64,000 nt of DNA from Paramecium tetraurelia (Eukaryota): assembly GCA_000165425.1 (NCBI GenBank), contig CT867986.1, positions 511,399-575,398 of the forward strand, written 5' to 3'. The translations under genes were made by a program, and so were the position numbers. The stretch's first letter is position 1, and each line of letters starts with the position of its first letter. The notes beneath the pieces are model-generated. The model ran no database searches. It saw only the letters and a list, made by a program, of their open reading frames with translations, and was not told the origin of the DNA. Positions 13,301 through 27,400 of this stretch are shown in pieces.

Positions 13301-15546
13301 TATATTAGCAAATTAACCATTTAATCCATAATAATTCATGTGTTTACCTCCAAATATCATTTTTATATAAGAAGGAGGAATGTGAGTTGCATCAATTTCA
13401 ACTCTGTAAATTCCATTCCCTTCTCCATAGCTAGCAACATATCCTACAGCCTTTCTTAAAGGACTGCTATACGAGAACATCACAAAATACCACATTCCAT
13501 CCATATTCTCATCTAATACTACAGCCTTATCCTTAGTTTTTACCTTGTCACTTGTATCATAAGTACTGAACACGAATGAATTATCAAATAAAAAAATAGC
13601 TAAGGCTCTATCCCCATAAAATGAAAAATCATCAAATTCCTCATTAATAGTCATTCTTGAAAGGAAATAATACTCTCCCTCTTCTCTAGCATGCTCCTTA
13701 GTGCCATGCTCGCAATATCTCACCCAATATCCAAAACCATATTCAGATGAATCCTATAATAATGCTCTATCATTAAATTCAAACTATTCCGTAGCTTCTC
13801 CATCGAATTAAGAATCCTAATATTTTGTATTTACCGCAACAATTTTTCTTTCTTAAACCCTCCCTATATTAGCTTTATGTTTTGGTGGTTGAAAGGCAGT
13901 TGGTTCATTTACATCAATGTCTTCTCTTAATGATTATATTTTGAATGATCTCTCATCCTCAATTTATTATTATCTTAACTTCTTAGGGTCTTCTGGTTCT
14001 GTTTCTACTTCTTATTGCTTTTTACTACTTTCAGAAGTTTTCTACACTTTTGTAGATTAAATGGAATCAAACTTTTCTTCAACCTCAGTCTCTCCCTCTT
14101 GACTACTGTCAGAGTTTCTCTAAACTTTTGTAGATTAAATTGTATCAACTTTTTCTTCAACTTGAGTTTCTTCTTCTAATGGCTTATCACTACTATCAGA
14201 TGTTCTCTAGACTTTTGTAGATTATATTGAATTAACGTTTTCTTCAACCTGAATATCTCCATCGTCTGATTGATTTTATAATGGCTTATCACTACTATCA
14301 GAGTTTCTCTAGACCTTTGTAGATTAAACTGAGTTAAAATTTTCTTCAACATGAATTTCCTCTTCTTCTGATTGATTTTTTACTTCTAGTGGCTTATTAC
14401 TATTTTCAAAGGTTCTCTACACTTTTGAGGATTAAATTGAATTAAATTTTTCTTCAACTTAGGTTTCTCCTTCTCCTTAATTATTATTATCATTTGAAAT
14501 AATGTCATCGGACGAATGATATTCTTAATTATCTAAATCTTCGACTTTGAAAACTTTTACTGCTTATACGACATTTTCAGTTTCAGTTTCGGTTTTTTAA
14601 GACTCGGAATTTTAATTTTCATGATTATTCAAGTTATCCTCATCAGAATTCTTAACTTTTCCATCAATCTCATGCCCCAAAGCTATATATCTTTTGTTTC
14701 CTTTAGTTTCCTATTTTATATCATTAGACACATCCTTATTTAGTTGATCCTTTTATTTTTCCCGAATCAAATGATATGTTTCATGATCAATGTCATCAAT
14801 TAATGATTCTAAATCCTCTTCTTCAAAATAATAATATATTGTTTCTCCTGGCATTTCATCATAGTAAATAATGTCCTCTTCCGAATCAGGTTCATCTTCA
14901 AAAATTCTTCTTACCTTTTTGATGTCCTATTAGCAGAATCTCCTTAACGTTTTAAGTTATGTAACTTTTTATCTCAAATTTACAGTTCTCTGAACGTATT
15001 AACACTGATTCAAATATTGATATATTTGCTCCTAAGTCTATCTCAAATGAGCAATAATTTAATTTGCCAATTATATTTTCTCCTCATTTGCTACTATATA
15101 TTTTCATTATACTTTATGTAGCATTCAATTAGCCAACATATTCAAGAGCATCTTCAACTCTGCAGGCCGCCCACTTATTTTGAATAAAAATATTCTAAAG
15201 AGACTATTCAATTTTTTATTTTATTTCCACCAACATAGTTTAATGAATTACAGACATTGTCCCTTTCGCTTTCTCAACTATATTTATGATTGTATTGATT
15301 ATCGCTAAATCTTTTATCAATTATTCTCGATTATCAATAATATCTATCCATCTCTCTAATTCAGCAATGATGAAATCGAAATTAGCATGGCAACTCAAGC
15401 GAGAAACATCTATATTATATGCTTCATTGTAAGTCAGCCCTATCTAATTGTGCAAAAATACCTCGAGTTCGGAGCTCTGATGCTTCTAATTTCGAAGAAA
15501 TGGCTACAACGATCAATAGAATGAAAGTTATAAAGGTTTTCTTCAT
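7349..15546 (-). CDS. Giant secreted protein (~2,700 aa): signal peptide, helical N-domain, acidic repeat linker, ten ~215-aa ConA/LamG-like beta modules
   Basis: N-terminus MKKTFITFILLIVVAISS. Ten recurrences of EY(A/G/S)xxxWx(R/K)(W/Y/F)...GDRxLA...WxY(V/I)YF(G/S)Y...GG...FNG...GxG(A/S)(F/Y). 22-26-nt introns near both ends. No C-terminal TM segment. The fold is inferred. Confidence 0.85.
14030..14470 (-). repeat. Five imperfect coding repeats (~27-40 aa) in the acidic linker, core VEE(K/N)xx(S/T)(I/V)QS(T/S)KVQ(K/R)T
   Basis: The motif 'ttttgtagattaaat..ttttcttcaac' recurs near 14050, 14125, 14215, 14315 and 14425. Confidence 0.85.
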
Positions 15547-16476
15547 TTTAGAAAAAATATAAAATATATACCGTTTTTATTGGTATTAAATTTCATACTA
15601 CTCCAACCCTTAAATTCAGTTTCCCTTTCAACTATGAAAATTGCTGATTTTCGATTGAAATCTGATCACTTACTGTTTAATTTTAATAACGTCTTATGAA
15701 TTACAAACTTTAATTTCAGCATCATCATTAAAACTATAATGCGAAACTTTATCATAACTAATTTCTTAGTTGAAATGAAACAGAATTCTAATCAACAAAA
15801 TATTTGTATTAGTTATGGTTTAATTATTATACATCTAATAAATATCTTATTTGATTAATCTAGAGGTTAAATTTTCTTGTAGATTTAATGATTAAAATTT
15901 ATTTTGATTGGGAAAAATGTTAAAAATCAGCTTCTTAATTGCTTTGTTCAACTAAAATGATCTGATTTTACCCTTAAATTCTGTTTATCATCCAAAGATT
16001 TATTATAAGAATGTAAACCAAATATTTCTCATTTCTTAATTGCCATTGGCTTTGCATATAATTAATAATTTATTACTTTTAATTATTTATCAAGTAACCC
16101 TCTAGTTCTAAAAATAAAGCTAAATACAGCTTTTAGGAAAATATAATCCATTGAATATAATTAGTATTTGAATGAATTACTGTAAATTGATCCTCAAATT
16201 GTTGAACAATTTTTGAATAACTGAATATTTTAATATTTTATTTCAGAACATTGAAGGGAGCTTGAGAATAATATACACTCTTTTTTGATGATTAGTTAGA
16301 TTGATATTTTGATTTATGCTCAACAATTAAGCTTTCTGCCTTAATTAATTTTCATATTAAAAGATAAGAACTCCTAAAAATCTATGAATTTAGTTAGGCT
16401 TCTTTATTTTATTTTGATTTATGTTTATAATGAGTAAAATTAAAATAGTAAATAATATTTATAATTCTAATTAATT

Positions 16477-18045
16477 ATGTCATTCAAGAACACGTAGTAG
16501 TATAAAGATTAAAAGTTTACTAACCATCTCAACGATTGCGAAGCCATTTCAGAGATAAAGGTGAAGTTAGAGAATGTACCTGAAAATCCAGCTTAATTAG
16601 ATGATTAAGCAGCTGAACTCATAGAATCACAATCTTAAATAAAATTTTTTCTAGAAGAGCTTGATAATAAGCAATAGGATGAATTCTAATAGGAAATAAA
16701 AGATGATGAAGCTGAAGAATATGAGCCAATTCTTAATACTTAAACATAGGTTGATTAGAAATTGATATATTAACAATAACAACAATAAAAATAAAAGCAA
16801 ATCGAGACATTTCAATAGGTCAAAGAAAAATTATAAAGCAGGCAGACAGAGCCTCTCCCATCTGACAATAAATTAAATCAAGATATAATTTAAGATGATA
16901 TTGACATTTCTCAGAGTAAATTATGCAAAAGTTTGTTAAAGAACATAAATGACTAAGGAAATAATGAAGATACTGAGCTAATAGCTTAGCTTTATAGTGA
17001 ACTAAATGAAATGAGACAAAGAAATAAAGAAATGCAGATATAAAAAGACTTCTATTAATCTGAACTGAAAAGAGTGTAAGAGCAATATTAGAAAGATCTG
17101 AATAAATAGAAATAGATTTTTGAAAATGAAATAGCATCACTAAAAGCACAAATAAATTTAGCTAAAAAGGTAACAAAACAGGAGACATAAAATTTAACTA
17201 CAGTAACATTTTAAGAAAGATAAGTAATTTTAAAGGATTTAATGAATAAAATAAAAGATTAATAAGATAAAGTATAAGAAGGGCATTCGAATTTTAATGA
17301 AAAGCCTATTAATCACACGAAGCAAAATAATGAACCAATTTTAAATCCATAAACATAAAATTAAAAAGTACTTTAAGTTGTGGATTTAGAACATGAAAAA
17401 TTAAAAGACGTTGATAAGGCTTTGTAAAAGGAAGAACTATAGTAAGCGGACAAGAAAAAAAAAAATGCAAAATAACAGGAATCACCATAAAAATAAAAAA
17501 TTGCTGTCGAAAAATAAGTCAACCCACCTCCACCTAAAAAGTCTACAAAACAAGTTAGAAATACTAATCCTGAAATCAAATAAGATCAATAAAAATTAGC
17601 CCCATAAATGAAAGCAGAAAAATAAAACGAATCAAATAGAGATGCAATACTTAATAAACAGACCGCTGAAAACCCTGATGATTTTTTCAATCGTTTATCA
17701 AATCAAAGTTAATAAATAGGATAAGATTAATAGGTTGTTTTTTAAAATTAAAAAAATCAAATAAATCAAACAAAAGAAGATCACAAAGAAGAAAATTTAA
17801 ATTAGGCTGAACTTGAAACTTCTGAGAAGTAAAAAAAACAAGAGATTTTATAAAATCCTATCGATGACAATTTATTAAGTAATGAAAAGAACTCCTAATT
17901 GGCTCAATAGGATCCATTCTCTCAAAATCATAGCTAAATACAGAATCAAAATTCTGTAAAGGCATAAAAACAGATTCCCAAATAAAGGAGAATAAATCAG
18001 GGAGGCAATAGCATATAGAATGTTCCAAGTTCCTTGTTTGATTGA
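16477..18045 (+). CDS. Hypothetical Q/E/K-rich coiled-coil protein
   Basis: ATG 16477 (MSFKNTQQYKDQKFTNHLNDCEAISEIK), long frame with no TGA, ends NVPSSLFD-TGA. Confidence 0.75.
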
Positions 18046-18452
18046 ATCGAACATTATGAGTTTAATTATATATTAAAATATGATAAATAAATATAAATCA
18101 TACAATCAGTAATATTAATTTGAATGAGATTTTTCATAGAGCATCAATTTTCTTAAAACATTAATTAATAGAGTTTTAAGTCTCGACATTGAAATTTTGA
18201 AAGAATACATGTCTTATTTTTTCCCAAATTGTCCATAGATAAATTTTAAGAAGAATTGTTTTGGAAACAGTTTTAATTGAAATTCTAATTAGTTGAGTTC
18301 AAACGAATTCTAAAGGCAGAATATCAAATATTGATTGATTGATTAATAATAATAAATTTATCAGTATCAATCCCAAATGAAGTTATTTAAAATTTAAAGA
18401 TTCTTATTTATTGAAATAATGTAGAAATTGATATTAATGTAAAAAATATTAA

Positions 18453-21400
18453 TCACTTTTTTGATTTTTGAGAGTATGATCCCATTTTTTTAAATTATTA
18501 TGATATAATTTCTTTTTTTTAGGCAGCTAATTAATTGCTTGAATTTTAAATAGAACTTTATGATGCATTTTAACTTTAATTAACCTGAATTATTTAATAA
18601 TATTTACTGAAGGAACTTCTTATTATCTATTACTCTTTTGAGTGCTTTAGCTAGTGTTTTAACCACTTTTTTTTTTATCATCGCTTTGGTAGGAAAATTT
18701 TTGTTAAGCAGCACTAATTATTATTTTTATTTTTACTATTTCTATTAGGGTTAAGGACTAACTACAGTTTTGATGGTTGAGCTACGGGAATTCGATCCCC
18801 TAACTAATTATTAAGATTGAGGAAGTGAAGAAATAATAATGGAAGTAGATGGAGCTTATGTAGCTCTAACTGGTTAACCAGATTTGATTTAATTTTAAGA
18901 TAATTGTTATTGTTCTTTTTATGGAGTACTAGTGAATGAGTTTCTAAAATTGAGTTATTTTGGTAATATTTATGATTGAGATTTAACTAATGTCCTTGAT
19001 CCTTTTTCGTCAGGACTTAATTCTATAGGCTCAGCTTGTTGACCTTATTCTGGAATATGTTCCATTGCTTGAATTTTATTCTCAGTGAGCATTTAATTAT
19101 ATTTTATGATGTCATCCTCATTGAATTCTATGAAGGTTTTTAGCCTATGTTCATTGAGAGAAGCTAATCCACACCTCGTTCCAAATTTTTTTATTAATCG
19201 AATTGCCTTTGAGAATCTCTCATATTATTAACTAGTAAATATATATATTTTTTACTTTATATAGCAAAGTTCATCAAACCCTATTTTAGCATTAACTAAA
19301 ATCATTTTTTAAAGAAGTCTTTTTATGATTTTAATGCCCACAACGAAGTTAGAACTCATATTGTAATCTTAGTCTGAGAAAGGACTGGATGAACTTCTAT
19401 TGTTTTTGTCAGAACCAACCCTATTTCGCAGGATATCTTATTGGGATTATTTTTTACTATGATCCTTTCTTTCCAATTACTTTAAAAACATTTTATCTGT
19501 TTCAGATATATCAGAAATATTTGTTCTATTAATTATTGCTTGATCATCCATAAATTATTCATGTAATTATTGTTAAGCTTTATTTGTTCCTTGATTTTTA
19601 TTATATTATTCGTTAACATTCATTAAAGATTTAGATTTAGTTATTTATGTTTACTCTATAGCTTAAATTAGTGATAGTTATGAGGAGCTTGATTTACTTT
19701 TCTTAAGATTTGGTTCTTAATATTTTGGGATTTTTAATTAAACATTTGGGTTATCATTTGATTATATTATTTTTACATAATTTCCTTCTCTATTTTTACT
19801 AAAATCACAATTTTTATAAAATGCCAAAGATCGATTAGAGACTTTAATTCTACGAACTAAAGTTTGATCTTAGCCGAGCTGTTCCTTCAAATCTTCTCCA
19901 AAGAGTAATTCTTCGTCTTTATAGTTTTTTCTTGTAATTATTATTTTTTATTTGTTACCTTTTCCTTCTTTTACTACCTCCTCAATCATTTAGAAAGATT
20001 CATTCTTGCTTAAAATTCTTTGCCAAATGTTGCTGCTCTTTTCACACCAACCTTTTTTCATTAAATCTGATGGGGAATTTGACTCAGCAAGTTGTCTACT
20101 TAAAATTATAATATCCTCTTCCTACTCATATAAATCATCTCCAATCTCTGGATCTTATTTTGCTTCATTTGTTTTTCTTTGTAAGCGACGCTCTACCTTT
20201 TTTGTTTAAGGATTCAATATCAAAATTTCTTCCTCTATAGCCTTTAATTATTGTTGCTTTCTTTTTTCACTAGAACTAGCAAGAAACTTATCTGTTCTGG
20301 ATCCATCAAAATCCGGAACCCTTATACCTTAGCTATTCAACTCTTCATTAGATCGATATTATGAGTCTCTTTACTCCTAGCTGTCCTCATCAATTTAATA
20401 CATTTATCTCTTTATATTTATGTTTGCATGCTATTTAAAATATTCCTTTGGAGCATCAGTAACCTTTTTCCAACTTTATAAACTATCTATCTAAAATTAA
20501 TTTATAACCTTTCTTTATCTGATAATAAAACCATTAGGTTATTTTTCATTTAAGTTTTTTCCAATCTATACTTCTGTAATGTTAACCTATTTTTAAATAG
20601 CAAACAATTCTGTTTAACCTGATTTTTAATTTGCTACTTCCACAATTTCTTCTACAAATTAGTATGGGTTATAATCTAAATCAAGATTAGTAACAATCCT
20701 TCGACTTATTATTTGATTACCATCAGAATCCTATTCTTTTAACCTTTTTCCAATTTATCTATTTACATTGTAAGGAAACTTTAATTAAATTATTTCCATT
20801 TCATTAGTCTTAGGATTTAATATTTAATGTTCTTCTTCAAAATATTAAGAATCTTAATTAATTAATTATTTGGATAATGCTGAATTGCCAGTAGATTAAT
20901 CTCCAACTTTTTTTAGGATTCCTTAATCATCTTTAACCCATCCTTCTTATTTAAGAGCAGTTAAGGTTTAGTTATTTTAAATAACTTTTCTTGATAAAAC
21001 AAAACCTCCATCAGTTCTATTAATTTTGCTTTCACCATTTATAAAGGGTCTTCTTTCAACAATTAGCTTTTATTATCCATCCTTGTCAGTTAAAAGCACT
21101 TCTTCTTCTATATACTACTCTGGCTCCTATACTGATAGTTACTTCACTAAAGTTCCATTTTTTTATTTAATCCATCCTGTAGTAGAATTATTGTCAACTA
21201 TTTTTCTTGACAAAATTGTATTTCCTAAAGGATCTACTTCTTATATTGAGTCTCCCATAACAAGATTGTCTTAGATTTACCTTCTTAGAAATTTTCTTTC
21301 TAGTTAACCTGTTTCCTTATTAAAACTTAAAATTTCTTCTTCAATATATTTGGAAGGCTCAGATGAAGCTATCACTTTTTCCATCAATCCTTCTTTGTTA

Positions 21401-24400
21401 GTTATCCATCCTTCTTTTTTTTTTGTTTCTGAAGAGATATTGTTTGAAACAATTTTTCTAGAAACTACTCTATAGCCTTATTATTATTCATCTATTTCAT
21501 CACCAAATTAGGTTTTGTTATCCTCGATATAGGGTTTTCTTATTAACTTTCTCTCTTGTTTCCCAGTATTTTAGTTGACAATTAAAATTTCCTCTTCAAT
21601 GAATTATTTTGGTTCAGAAAGGCTTACTAATCTAGTAAGCCTGCCTTATTCAAACTTCCATCCTTCTTTTTATTATTATTTAATTGAAGATATATTATCA
21701 ATTATTTTTCTTGATAAAATTTATTTCCCTTCCTTATCGATTTCAGTTAGATTGTCTCCAGTTTTTAAATTTTATGAATTTGGTGACAATGGCCTTCTTA
21801 TCAATGTTCTTTCAAGTTGTTAAGTTTATGGATTCATGACTAAAATTTCTTCTTCAATATATTTAGTTGGTTCTGTTTCACATATTATTTACTCTAAATT
21901 TCCATCTTTTTTCTGTTGCCATCCTTATTAGTTTAAATCATCAGATGAAAATTAATTTTATATAATCCTTCTAGAAATAACTCTTTCACCATCCTTTCCT
22001 TACTCATTTAAACAATCTCCATAATTAACTTATTCGTTAATTTAATATACTGGTTTCCTTACTAATTTACGCTCTTGTTTGCCTGTTTTTGGATTGATTA
22101 TTATTACTTCTTCTTCAACAGAATTATTCAGGTTCCTCTTATGAAATAATTTTTTCAAGAGTACCATTTTATCCTTTTTGCCAATCTATTTGGACTTAAC
22201 TAATAGATTAAGAATTATCGACTATTTTCCTCGATAAAATTCTATTTCCATCTTTATCAACTTCATTTAAATTATTCCCCATTTATGAATTTTCTTTTGT
22301 CAAAGGTCTCCTTACTAATTTTCTCTGTAATCCATTTTCTCCATAACAAAGTACTTCTTCTTCGACATATCTTGTTGGTTCACTTTATGCTAGTTATATT
22401 TCCATTTGACCTTATTTTTGTTACCAATCTTTCATTTAATCCAAAGATTATTCATTTGAAATTATCCTTCTTGCAACTACTTTTCTATTACCATCACCTT
22501 CTTATAGGTTTTCTCCTATTTCGCCAATGTCTGATTGAGTCAAAGGTCTTCGGATTAATTTCCTTTCTTATTTCTAAGTTTTGGGATTTATTATGATAAT
22601 CTCTTCTTCTATATATGCTTCAGGTTCTTACTATGAAACTACCTTTTCTAAATAACCATTATTCGACTAAACCCAGGTTGAGTCCATTACTTTATTATTT
22701 TATACAATCTTTCTTGAGACAACTTTATTTCCATTTTAGTCTTTCTCTATAACTGCTCCAGTTTATAATTTGTTATCTTAAGGTAAGTAAGGTCTTCTTA
22801 CTAGTTTTCTTTATACATTTCCATCTTCGCCTTAAACTAATATTTCTTCTTCCACATATTTTACAGGTTCAGATTAAAATCTAATTTCCATATTTCCATC
22901 ACTATTTTTAACCCAACCTTGCTATTTCAAAGCCTGATTTGATTAATCATTTTAGACAATTTTTCTTGAAATTATTTATTTACCATTTCCTAAATTTTCT
23001 TCTAAATTCTACCCAAATTACAAAATATCTAGTTCTTCGTTATTCAGTGGTTTTCTGATAATTTTTCTCTCTAATTTTCCTGTCTTTGGGTTGATTTGAA
23101 TGATTTCCTCCTCGATAAATTATTCTGGTTCTTCAGAATTTAAAATGATCTCTTCTTATTTCCCAACATTCTACCATTATTGTTTGTTTGCTTTAGGTTA
23201 AAGATTAGACTCTATTTTACGTGAAAGCACTTTATTTCCATTCTTATCCACTTCATTTAACTAATCGCCTTCTTGAATCTTTCCTCCCAAATAAGGCTTT
23301 CTCACTAATTTTCTTTCCATCATTCCTGTTTTATTGTTAAATTATAAAACTTCTTCAGTAATATATTGAGAAGGTTCAACTCCTAAAGATTATTCGTAAT
23401 TTCCATCATTATTTTTTCTCCAGTTCGAAGAAGCTAGAGACAAATCGTTATCAACTATCTTTCTAGAAACTACATAACAACCATCACCTAAATCCTCCAA
23501 AAGTTCTTCTCCTTCTTATATATTCCCATCATCGTCCAAAGGTCTTCGTATAATTTTCCTTTCCTACTTTCCTCCTTATCTCATAATAATAACTTCTTCT
23601 TCAATAAATTAAGTTGGTTCTTAAATGGATAAGGTTTTCTCAAAATACCCTTAATTGTTTTTCCATCCTTCCTTCTCAGCTTACTATGTTGAAGTCGTAT
23701 TTTCAATAACTCTTCTTGCAAGAATCTTATTTCCATTTTAATCAGTTTCTTATATATTATTTCCCACATTCTAACCAGGTTAATACTATTTTCTGACTAA
23801 TTTTCTTTCCATGTTTCCAGTTTCTTCATTCATTACTAAAACTTCCTCCTCAATAAATTTAGCTGGTTCATTTTGAACTATGAGTTTTTCTAACTATCCG
23901 GTTTTTTAATTTTTCTTCCATTCACTTAAAGAGGTGTCATTTTAAACAATTCTACGAGACACTACCTTTTGGTTATTGCCTATTGATTCATTTAATTAAT
24001 CTCCAATTTCTTCTTCATTTTCATAAGGTCTTCTAACTAATTTACGCTCTTGTTTGCCTGTTTTTGGATTGATTATTATTATTTCTTCTTCAACAAATTG
24101 TTCAGGTTCCTCTTATGAAATAATTTTTTCAAGAGTACCATTTTATCCTTTTTGCCAATCTTTTTGGATTTAACTAATAGATTAAGAATTATCGACTATT
24201 TTCCTAGATAAAATTCTATTTCCATCTTTATCAACTTCATTTAAATTATTCCCCATTTATGAATTTTCTTTTGTCAAAGGTCTCCTTACTAATTTTCTCT
24301 GTAATCCATTTTCTCCATAACAAAGTACTTCTTCTTCGACATATCTTGTTGGTTCACTTTATGCTAGTTATATTTCCATTTGTCCTTATTTTTGTTACCA

Positions 24401-27400
24401 ATCTTTCATTTAATCCAAAGATTATTCATTTGAAATTATCCTTCTTGCAACTACTTTTCTATTAGCATCACCTTCTTGTAAATTTTCTCCTATTTCGCCA
24501 ATGTCTGATTGAGTCAAAGGTCTTCTGATTAATTTCCTTTCTTATTTCTAAGTTTTGGGATTTATATATGATAATCTCTTCTTCAATATATGCTTCAGGT
24601 TCTTACTATGAAACTACCTTTTCTAAATAACCATTATTCGATTAAACCCAGGTTGAGTCCATTACTTTATTATTTTATACAATCTTTCTTGAGACAACTT
24701 TATTTCCATTTTAGTCTTTCTCTATAACTGCTCCAGTTTATAATTTGTTATCTTAAGGTAAGTAAGGTCTTCTTACTAGTTTTCTTTATACATTTCCATC
24801 TTCGCCTTAAACTAATATTTCTTCTTCCACATATTTTACAGGTTCAGGTTAAAATCTAATTTCCATATTTCCATCACTATTTTTAACCCAACCTTGCTAT
24901 TTCAAAGCCTGATTTGATTAATCATTTTAGACAATTTTTCTTGAAATTATTTATTTACCATTTCCTAAATTTTCTTCTAAATTCTACCCAAATTACAAAT
25001 TATCTAGTTCTTCGTTATTCAGTGGTTTTCTGATAATTTTTCTCTCTAATTTTCCTGTCTTTGGGTTGATTTGAATGATTTCTTCCTCGATAAATTATTC
25101 TGGTTCTTCAGAATTTAAAATGATCTCTTCTTATTTCCCAACATTCTACCATTATTGTTTGTTTGCTTTAGGTTAAAGATTAGACTCTATTTTACGTGAA
25201 AGCACTTTATTTCCATTCTTATCCACTTCATTTAACTAATCGCCTTCTTGAATCTTTCCTCCCAAATAAGGCTTTCTCACTAATTTTCTTTCCATCATTC
25301 CTGTTTTATTGTTAAATTATAAAACTTCTTCAGTAATATATTGAGAAGGTTCAACTCCTAAAGATTATTCGTAATTTCCATCATTATTTTTTCTCCAGTT
25401 CGAAGAAGCTAGAGACAAATCGTTATCAACTATCTTTCTAGAAACTACATAACAACCATCACCTAAATCCTCCAAAAGTTCTTCTCCTTCTTATATATTC
25501 CCATCATCGTCCAAAGGTCTTCTTATAATTTTCCTTTCCTACTTTCCTCCTTATCTCATGATAATAACTTCTTCTTCAATAAATTAAGTTGGTTCTTAAA
25601 TGGATAAGGTTTTCTCAAAATATCCTTAATTGTTTTTCCATCCTTCCTTCTCAGCTTACTATGTTGAAGTTGTATTTTCAATAACTCTTCTTGCAAGAAT
25701 CTTATTTCCATTTTAATCAGTTTCTTATATATTATTTCCTACATTCTAACCAGGTTAATACTATTTTCTGACTAATTTTCTTTCCATGTTTCCAGTTTCT
25801 TCATTCATTACTAAAACTTCCTCCTCAATAAATTTAGCTGGTTCATTTTGAACTATGAGTTTTTCTAACTATCCGGTTTTTTAATTTTTCTTCCATTCAC
25901 TTAAAGAGGTGTCATTTTAAACAATTCGACGAGACACTACCTTTTAGTTATTGCCTATTGATTCATTTAATTAATCTCCAATTTCTTCTTCATTTTCATA
26001 AGGTCGTCTAACTAATTTACGTTCTTGTTTGCCTGTTTTTGGATTGATTATTATTACTTCTTCTTCAACAAATTGTTCAGGTTCCTCTTAAGAAATAATT
26101 TTTTCAAGAGTACCATTTTATCTTTTTTGCCAATCTTTTTGGATTTAACTAATAGATTAAGAATTATCGACTATTTTCCTAGATAAAATTCTATTTCCAT
26201 CTTTATCAACTTCATTTAAATTATTCCCCATTTATGAATTTTCTTTTGTCAAAGTTCTCCTTACTAATTTTCTCTGTAATCCATTTTCTCCATAACAAAG
26301 TACTTCTTCTTCGACATATCTTGTTGGTTCACTTTATGCTAGTTATATTTCCATTTGACCTTATTTTTGTTACCAATCTTTCATTTAATCCAAAGATTAT
26401 TCATTTGAAATTATCCTTCTTGCAACTACTTTTCTATTAGCATCACCTTCTTGTAAATTTTCTCCTATTTCGCCAATGTCTGATTGAGTCAAAGGTCTTC
26501 TGATTAATTTCCTTTCTTATTTCTAAGTTTTGGGATTTATTATGATAATCTCTTCTTCAATATATGCTTCAGGTTCTTACTATGAAACTACCTTTTCTAA
26601 ATAACCATTATTCGATTAAACCCAGGTTGAGTCCATTACTTTATTATTTTATACAATCTTTCTTGAGACAACTTTATTTCCATTTTAGTCTTTCTCTATA
26701 ACTGCTCCAGTTTATAATTTGTTATCTTAAGGTAAGTAAGGTCTTCTTACTAGTTTTCTTTATACATTTCCATCTTCACCTTAAACTAATATTTCTTCTT
26801 CCACATATTTTACAGGTTCAGGTTAAAATCTAATTTCCATATTTCCATCACTATTTTTAACCCAACCTTGCTATTTCAAAGCCTGATTTGATTAATCATT
26901 TTAGACAATTTTTCTTGAAATTATTTATTTACCATTTCCTAAATTTTCTTCTAAATTCTACCCAAATTACAAATTATCTAGTTCTTCGTTATTCAGTGGT
27001 TTTCTGATAATTTTTCTCTCTAATTTTCCTGTCTTTGGGTTGATTTGAATGATTTCCTCCTCGATAAATTATTCTGGTTCTTCAGAATTTAAAATGATCT
27101 CTTCTTATTTCCCAACATTCTACCATTATTGTTTGGTTGCTTTAGGTTAAAGATTGGACTCTATTTTACGTGAAAGTACTTTATTTCCATTCTTATCCAC
27201 ATCATTTAACTAATCGCCTTCTTGAATCTTTCCTCCCAAATAAGGCTTTCTCACTAATTTTCTTTCCATCATTCCTGTTTTATTGTTAAATTATAAAACT
27301 TCTTCAGTAATATATTGAGAAGGTTCAACTCCTAAAGATTATTCGTAATTTCCATCATTATTTTTTCTCCAGTTCGAAGAAGCTAGAGACAAATCGTTAT

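Noticed and set aside
7349..15546. Surface (immobilisation) antigen
   Set aside because: It lacks the periodic Cys-rich repeats and the C-terminal GPI signal of Paramecium surface antigens.
18090..18450. Small gene between the two convergent stops
   Set aside because: The frames I read hit TGA quickly and gave no convincing start or intron model.
22285..26440. Three repeated + strand ORFs 'MNFLLSK..' in the ORF track
   Set aside because: They are antisense shadows of the triplicated minus-strand coding block.
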